A DNA stretch of 32,000 bases from Methanopyrus kandleri AV19 (GTDB lineage: Archaea > JAADCQ01 > Methanopyri > Methanopyrales > Methanopyraceae): assembly GCF_000007185.1 (NCBI RefSeq), contig NC_003551.1, positions 810,001 to 842,000 on the forward strand, written 5' to 3'. Positions 26,367 to 32,000 of this stretch are shown piece after piece. Every line of letters begins with the position of its first letter. Within the stretch, counting starts at the first letter, position 1. A program made the translations under genes and the position numbers. The notes under the pieces were generated by a model, which saw only the letters and a list, made by a program, of their open reading frames with translations, searched no databases and had not been told where the DNA came from.

Positions 26367-27130
26367 CTTTCTGCCCCCTCGGGCAGGCGTAGTAGTAATC
26401 TCCCCCCTAATTGTATTACTTTATGATCTTCAAACCAAGCTTTGGTACGCTCAAAACGTACCTCATCGTACTCGATGTGCCACAAGATCAATCCCTCCGC
26501 CGGAAGGCATCTGGGTTTCTTCGACGGCTCGAACTTCCCAGAAAGTAGCGCTTCGGCGTCCCCTTCCTCCCTGAGCCCGTGGCCTACCTCCCACACGAAC
26601 CCCGCTATCCTGCGGACCATCTCCCACAGGAATCGCGGTGCCACGACCCGCAACACGTACGCGTTAGGGGTTATTTCTACGAGTTCACACCGCTCGACGG
26701 TTATTATCGGATTCCGGCCATCCTCCCTTCGGAATGCCGAAAAATCGTGTTTTCCTTCGAGCTTGCGGGCAGCCCGTGCCGCGGCTTCGGGACGGTTTAG
26801 TGGTCCCAAGAAGTACCGATACTCCTTTCGTAGCGCGTCGCGCCGCGGATCGAACTCTTCATGGACTTCCGTTTTGGCTATAACCCGGATGTCCTTGGGT
26901 AATCTCGCGTTGATGGGGTCCGGTTGGGCTAGCTCCGGGTCGCCTTCTACCACGACTACCTGGTAGCGTGCATGGGCCCCCGCGTCGGTCCTGGATGCGT
27001 ACCCTACCAGTTCCAATCCCAGCTCCGAGAGCGCTTTTCGTAGCGCTCCTTCGATCGTTGGGACGTCGGGTTGGTACTGGAAACCGTGATATCGCGAACC
27101 GTCGTAGGCGACCCGGAGGGCTACTCTCAT
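26360..27130 (-). CDS. truA: tRNA pseudouridine synthase TruA family
   Basis: 'RVAYDGSRYHGFQYQPDVPTIEGALRKAL', 'YASRTDAGAHA', 'KEYRYFL', 'HDFSAFRR', 'FLWEMVRRIAGFVWEVG'. ATG at 27130 overlaps the upstream stop. Confidence 0.95.
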   Translation of the reverse strand: MRVALRVAYDGSRYHGFQYQPDVPTIEGALRKALSELGLELVGYASRTDAGAHARYQVVVVEGDPELAQPDPINARLPKDIRVIAKTEVHEEFDPRRDALRKEYRYFLGPLNRPEAAARAARKLEGKHDFSAFRREDGRNPIITVERCELVEITPNAYVLRVVAPRFLWEMVRRIAGFVWEVGHGLREEGDAEALLSGKFEPSKKPRCLPAEGLILWHIEYDEVRFERTKAWFEDHKVIQLGGRLLLRLPEGAESC

Positions 27131-28031
27131 CGCCCGGCCCCAGGGGGCTTGTAAGGGAGCCTCCGGTAGACCTCTATCATTTCCTCCTCGGAAACTAGTT
27201 CCCGGTTTCCGAAACGGATCACGGGTTCGTCCACAACCTCTCCTGCGACCGTGAACGGGCATCCCTCTTCGAACGCTATCTCGGCAGCACGTTCGACGTC
27301 GTTTGGATCCATACATACCATGAAGATCCCTAAATACCCCGTCCACGTGGGGTACGGCATCGACCGGAGCTCGACACCCTTCTTGGCTTTGCCCATCATC
27401 TCCAGTAGGTTCCCGAGTACCCCACCGCGACTGGCGTCCTTGGCGGCGCTCACGTCGATACCTTCCCGTAGGAACCTGAGAAACGCGTTGAATTTCACCT
27501 TAGCCTTGTAAACGCGATCCCCAACGTCCCCACGCACAGGCTCGCCCAAAAATACCAGCGCATCGCCTTCCCTGGCCGTACCGTCCGGGATCGGCTCGTC
27601 GGCTATCAATCGACCGATCACGACCACGGAGACGCAGGGCACTAGGTCGGGATGGGATTGTGTGTTACCGCCGAGGATCTTGATTCCTAACCCTTCCGCC
27701 TGTTTCCTTAAATCTTCAAGGATTTCCTCCGCCTGCTCCTCGCTTTCGGCCTGTACGGCGTCGAACGCCACTATCGGTTCACCGCCGGTGACCACGACGT
27801 CGGCCGCCGAGTGTATGATCGCGGTCTTTCTACCGATCTTGGCCGGGTAGGGGCCTTCCATGTTGATAACTAATCGCTCACCGTTTACTTCGATCACCGT
27901 GGCGTCATCGCCCTGTAGTGGGCCTATGATCGTCTTCCACTCCTCCGAGACTTCCCTGAATAACCTGCGGCAGAAGTTAGTCTCTTCTATGTGCTCGAGG
28001 AGGCGCTCCAGGTCGACTTTTTCCAAACTCA
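27127..28031 (-). CDS. AIR synthase-related (ThiL/SelD/HypE/PurM-like fold) protein
   Basis: 'GPLQGDDATVIEVNGERLVINMEGPYP', 'TAIIHSAADVVVTGGEPIVAFDAV', 'DASRGGVLGNLLEM'. GTG start at 28031. Confidence 0.85.
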
Positions 28032-29210
28032 CCCGACCCCCAGCAGCTTCAGAGCCGTCGGCAAGGCCAGCGCTGACGTGCAGAGCGACGGATCGACGCC
28101 GGAGCGGAGCGCGTAAATCCCTATTCCCGCACACGCGATCGCCGTACCGAGCGAACCTAACCCATGAAATGTCATCAACGCGAGCAGTCCGAGTACTACG
28201 GTACCGGTCAGTACTCGCGCCCGTGCTCCGGAGAGCACCCCTCCCAACACCCTGGTCGAAAAGATGAGCAGCCACGCTCCCAACACCGACACGAGTAGGT
28301 ACACTCCCACCGACGCCAACACTTCGGGGTACGTGATATCTCCAACGGATCGTTGGATGAACACCGAAGCTCCACTCCTAGGGTTCCCAAGCGCGTGTAG
28401 CGCCACGATCGAGGACACCGCGTCGGCGGCGTCGATACCGGAGGTGACCAGCAGGTACCGCTCGGTCGTGTCGACGCCCAACCGCGTCAGGACGGAAACC
28501 ACGTTGGCGGGTCCCAATCCCGGCAGGAAACCGAGAGCACAACCCGCGAGTGCGGCCAGGATTCCGCATTTCGGGAGCTCCTTTCCAGATATTGCGGGCT
28601 TTCCAGGCCGCTGCTTCGGGATCGAAGTGCGGTTCATCAGACAGGAAAGCCCTGGCCCGATCGCGTAGAATCCGGAGAGCATGGCTTCCAGTGGGGAGGC
28701 TACGTCGAGCGGTCCCGAAAGAACTACGTAGCCTACCGCGGAACTCGCCGAGAAGACCGCCAACCCGCGGAGTCCATTATCGTACGTTTGTAAGGCCAGG
28801 ATCGTCAGTACCAGCCACGGTATTATCGGCTTGGAGGCGACGTACATGGGTCCTACGATTTTCACGATGTATGGGAGCGCGACCGCCGCGAAAAAGCCCG
28901 TGGATAACGTCCCTAGGGCGACGAGGCGAGCGGCTTCTTCCGCCCTTCCCTCGATCGTATAGCGCTGCAACGGAATCAACACGGCAACCGACGCCTGATC
29001 GTCAGGTACTCCCAAGAACATGCTTTCAACCTTAGACAACGGGACGTTGACGGCTGAGCACGCTGAAGCGAATGTCAACACGTCTTCACGGTCGAGGTAC
29101 GTGGGATCGAACTCCGAAAAAAACGTATTCGGATGGAGACCGGGGATGTACCCCGATAGCATCCCGGAAAAGATTCCGAGAAACGCTCCACCGGAGCAAG
29201 TCCGACCCAC
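28029..29210 (-). CDS. TctA-family (archaeal DUF112-like) membrane permease
   Basis: 'GIFSGMLSGYIPGLHPNTFF' and 'LAALAGCALGFLPGLGPANVVSVLTRLG', a duplicated TctA-like signature with many TM segments. Confidence 0.85.
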   Translation of the reverse strand: MGRTCSGGAFLGIFSGMLSGYIPGLHPNTFFSEFDPTYLDREDVLTFASACSAVNVPLSKVESMFLGVPDDQASVAVLIPLQRYTIEGRAEEAARLVALGTLSTGFFAAVALPYIVKIVGPMYVASKPIIPWLVLTILALQTYDNGLRGLAVFSASSAVGYVVLSGPLDVASPLEAMLSGFYAIGPGLSCLMNRTSIPKQRPGKPAISGKELPKCGILAALAGCALGFLPGLGPANVVSVLTRLGVDTTERYLLVTSGIDAADAVSSIVALHALGNPRSGASVFIQRSVGDITYPEVLASVGVYLLVSVLGAWLLIFSTRVLGGVLSGARARVLTGTVVLGLLALMTFHGLGSLGTAIACAGIGIYALRSGVDPSLCTSALALPTALKLLGVG

Positions 29211-29228
29211 CGGACCGGGGACTTCGAG

Positions 29229-29777
29229 ATGCTAAAGGAGCTATGGCGATCGTTTGCGATGGCGCTAGGGGCTGCGTGGACACTCGGACTCCTAGCACTT
29301 ACGGTTCACATCCTGGGGCTCGTTTGGACTATCGTCCTCCTCTTAGGGATCTCAGTCTTGTTGGGAATTAGTGTCTCGAGGAGAGTCTCACCCTTCATCG
29401 CGGTAGCGAGAGGTCTAGGGTTGCTATCACTCCTGATGGTAAACGCGGCTAGACTGGAGTACCTGGCGCCATGGCTCGCCATGCCCGTACTCGGGGCACT
29501 CTACGTCTTCGATAGGCCCGCCTTTTACTTGGTGATAGCGGCGGCGGGAGCGGTCCTACTGCTTCGAGCGCTGATAGAAATCCATGAAGCGGCCGTCGAA
29601 GCGGACTTCCGGTACCGGTCGAAGGTTCAGGGACTGGCGTTGGCCGTCCGTGAGATCTGGTCTGGGATTATGGAGGCTCTAGAGAGACTCTCCACGATCT
29701 CGGCGGAGAAGAAAGAGGAGCTGAGTGGAACGTTCACCGTTGCCGGAAAGAAGTTGTTGAGGTGGATGCTCAGCTGA
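29229..29777 (+). CDS. Hypothetical membrane protein, 182 aa
   Basis: Multiple N-terminal TM segments and an amphipathic C-terminus. Confidence 0.65.
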   Translation: MLKELWRSFAMALGAAWTLGLLALTVHILGLVWTIVLLLGISVLLGISVSRRVSPFIAVARGLGLLSLLMVNAARLEYLAPWLAMPVLGALYVFDRPAFYLVIAAAGAVLLLRALIEIHEAAVEADFRYRSKVQGLALAVREIWSGIMEALERLSTISAEKKEELSGTFTVAGKKLLRWMLS

Positions 29778-29840
29778 GGACGCGTCCGCGGTCCAATCGT
29801 CATCATCCTTCAGTAGCGCGGGACATCGTCATCCGCGTCC
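29778..29840 (-). ncRNA. C/D-box sRNA candidate (strongest)
   Basis: Minus strand: GGACGCG-G-ATGACGA(C)-TGTCCCGCGCTA(12)-CTGA(D')-AGG-ATGATGA(C')-CGATTGGACCG(11)-CGGA(D)-CGCGTCC, with a perfect 7-bp terminal stem, at a convergent gene junction. Confidence 0.75.
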
Positions 29841-31106
29841 CTCCCAATCGACTAGGATCTGGTCACCTTGAACTAGCATCTTGCCCTCCGGGACGTTCTT
29901 ACGGACGACGGTGGAAGGTGCGGTGGCCGAGTACGGGCCCAGTTTCCGTCCCGGCAGTATAGAGGTGTTGATCCCTGTTTTAACCCCATCACCCAGTACG
30001 GCTCCGAACTTCCTCCTACCGGTATCCTCGAGCTCGCCCTTGACTACTACTTTCACGTTGCGTTCATCGTGTCTGAGGTTGGCGATGATGGTACCGGCTC
30101 CCAGGTTGCACTTGGCCCCGATAACGCTGTCTCCCACGTAGGAGAGGTGGCTGACGTTCGTCCCCTCCATGATTATTGAGTTCTTGATTTCGACGGCTTG
30201 GCCGATGCGGACGTCCCGGACCAGCGTCGTCGCCGGTCGGATGTAGCAGTTGGGTCCGATTTCGCACCCCGGGCCTATATAGGCGGGCCCTTCGACTACG
30301 GCTCCCGACCTGAGGATCGCATCCTCGGCTACCCACACCGGTCCTCTCAGCTCCACGTTCTCCTCGATGACTCCTTCAACCTCGGGACGCGACATCGCGT
30401 TCCGAAGTGCCCAAGCGTTGGCGTCGAGTAGGTCCCACGGGCGACCTACGTCGGACCAGAACCCGTCGTACGAAATCCCTAGAACACCTTCATCGATGGC
30501 GGCGTCGAGCAGCGCATCGGTGATCTCGAACTCGCCCCGCGGAGAGGGTTTGACTCGTTCCAAAAACCTCTCGAACTCCGGTTCCGCCACGTACACTCCC
30601 GCGTTCGCCAGGTTGGAGGGAGCCTCCTCGGGCTTGGGTTTCTCCACGAGCTCCACCACGTACCCGTCTTGTAGTCTCGCGACCCCGAATTCCGACGGAT
30701 CCTCGACCTCCACTAGCACCATTGAGGCGACGCCTTCGTGCTCACGTACCGCGCGCTCGAGCAACTCCGAATCGAACACCAAGTCCCCGTTTGTGATGAC
30801 CACGGTCTCGTCGGGTTCGATCTCCCGCCACGCGACGTACACAGCGTGGGCTGTTCCCAGGGGCTTACCCTGACGGACGAACTCCAGCTCGAAGGAATCG
30901 CCCCAGCGATCCTTGACGTACCGTTCCACCTTCTCGGCCAGGTATTCCACGACCACCACGAGGTGTTCCACTCCGATGCGCTTCATGGCCTCGATGGAGA
31001 AGTCGATAAGACGGCGATCGGCCACCGGCAGGAGGACCTTCGGCCGTGTCTTCGTCAGCGGTCGCATCCGGGTACCTTCGCCCGCCGCGAGCACGATACC
31101 GATCAT
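29829..31106 (-). CDS. Bifunctional sugar-1-phosphate nucleotidylyltransferase / acetyltransferase (GlmU-type)
   Basis: 'GIVLAAGEGTRMRPLTKTRPKVLLPVADRRLIDF', then a C-terminal left-handed beta-helix 'GPVWVAEDAILRSGAVVEGPAYIGPGCEIGPNCYIR...TGINTSILPGRKLG'. Confidence 0.93.
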   Translation of the reverse strand: MIGIVLAAGEGTRMRPLTKTRPKVLLPVADRRLIDFSIEAMKRIGVEHLVVVVEYLAEKVERYVKDRWGDSFELEFVRQGKPLGTAHAVYVAWREIEPDETVVITNGDLVFDSELLERAVREHEGVASMVLVEVEDPSEFGVARLQDGYVVELVEKPKPEEAPSNLANAGVYVAEPEFERFLERVKPSPRGEFEITDALLDAAIDEGVLGISYDGFWSDVGRPWDLLDANAWALRNAMSRPEVEGVIEENVELRGPVWVAEDAILRSGAVVEGPAYIGPGCEIGPNCYIRPATTLVRDVRIGQAVEIKNSIIMEGTNVSHLSYVGDSVIGAKCNLGAGTIIANLRHDERNVKVVVKGELEDTGRRKFGAVLGDGVKTGINTSILPGRKLGPYSATAPSTVVRKNVPEGKMLVQGDQILVDWEGRG

Positions 31107-32000
31107 TCCCTCACCTCCTCGACACACCTGCGGACGATATCGACGAACTCATCCCTGAGCTCTCGGGCGCGTTCCTCGGACTCCGCCTCCACCGTTATCC
31201 GTATGAGCGGTTCGGTGCCGGAGGGCCTGACGAGCACCCAGCCATCGTCCAGTTCGACACGAACGCCGTCTACGGTATCGATGTCGTCGTAAGCCTCCCG
31301 GAGGCGCGTCTCCACCAGCCTCATCACTTCGGGCTTGAGCTCGTCGGGACACTCGACGGTTTCGCGCACGACCGGGTAGCTCGGGATCTCGGCTAACAGT
31401 TCCGAGAGCGGTCGCCCTTCCTCGATCAGCAAGCTCACCATCCACGCCGCGGAGAGCGGACCGTCGGGGCACATGTGTACGTCCGGGTGTATCCAGGTTC
31501 CGTTCGGTTCCCCTCCGAAGACGCATCCTTCCTCCCGTATCGCGGCGGCTACGTGGACGTCTCCCACTTTGGTCCTCACCACCTCGCCGCCCATCTCGCG
31601 GACTACCTCGTCGATAACCATCGAAGCATCGACGTTCACGGCGACCTTCCCTGGACCCTTCTCCTCGAGGATTCGCCGGCACACCAACGCCAGCACTTCG
31701 TCGTACCCGGCGAACTTACCTTCCTCGGTGACGAAAACTACACGATCAGCGTCCCCGTCGTGGGCGATCCCCAGATCAGCATCCGTCGCCCGCACGGTTC
31801 GCATGAGGTCCTTCAGGTTCTCGGGCTTCGGCTCCGGTTCCCGGCCCGGGAAGTGTCCATCAGGATGCGCGTTTAGAGAGATTACCTCGCACCCCATCTC
31901 GCGGAGTACTACCGGAGTGACGAACGCGGAGGGGCCGTTGGCACAGTCCACCACGATGCGTAGCCCGTCCCCGTCGACGGAGACCTCGTCCAGTATCCTC
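31103..32000 (-). CDS. Phosphoglucosamine/phosphomannomutase family (GlmM-like), partial; 5' end outside window
   Basis: 'IAHDGDADRVVFVTEEG', 'FGGEPNGTWIHPD', 'DGVRVELDDGWVLVRPSGTEPLIRITVEAES'. The frame is open to the window edge. Confidence 0.93.
   Translation of the reverse strand, partial: RILDEVSVDGDGLRIVVDCANGPSAFVTPVVLREMGCEVISLNAHPDGHFPGREPEPKPENLKDLMRTVRATDADLGIAHDGDADRVVFVTEEGKFAGYDEVLALVCRRILEEKGPGKVAVNVDASMVIDEVVREMGGEVVRTKVGDVHVAAAIREEGCVFGGEPNGTWIHPDVHMCPDGPLSAAWMVSLLIEEGRPLSELLAEIPSYPVVRETVECPDELKPEVMRLVETRLREAYDDIDTVDGVRVELDDGWVLVRPSGTEPLIRITVEAESEERARELRDEFVDIVRRCVEEVRE

Noticed and set aside
30064-31682. Several Arg/Gly-rich ORFs overlapping the GlmU-type and GlmM-like genes
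   Set aside because: Frame shadows of well-supported genes.
1-32000. CRISPR arrays, transposons, phage modules, rRNA/tRNA genes
   Set aside because: No regularly spaced direct repeats, terminal inverted repeats, transposase/integrase motifs, or rRNA/tRNA-like conserved strings (e.g. GGTTCGAATCC) were recognised by eye. Very divergent cases cannot be excluded without tools.

Overview
GC-rich, densely packed archaeal chromosomal window. Protein content (TFB, Gar1, PAN, 2-phosphoglycerate kinase, archaeal ornithine cyclodeaminase family, CitG-like protein) and frequent GTG/TTG starts fit a hyperthermophilic methanogen, most likely Methanopyrus kandleri (identity inferred from memory of the protein set, not searched). 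About 40 protein genes are supported. I saw no rRNA, tRNA, CRISPR array, transposase or integrase. Strongest observations: (1) two intergenic C/D-box sRNA candidates. One is on the minus strand at 29778-29840, with a perfect 7-bp terminal stem, a 12-nt guide, and CTGA-AGG-ATGATGA as D'/C'. The other is on the plus strand at 20186-20248, with two exactly 12-nt guides. A weaker third lies at 15704-15769. In all three, a box pair carries a Watson-Crick substitution at the kink-turn U.U position. (2) A 238-aa protein that looks like a truncated, degenerate FtsZ/tubulin-like N-terminal GTPase domain, adjacent to a 78-aa ribbon-helix-helix-like protein. (3) A CLC-type chloride channel gene split by a one-base frame change at a T5-GGGTC-T4 tract. 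(4) A compact operon of two MgtE/SLC41-like half proteins plus a PhoU-TrkA_C protein. (5) A Gar1 with an unusual Arg/Pro tail. (6) Several long same-strand ORF overlaps.
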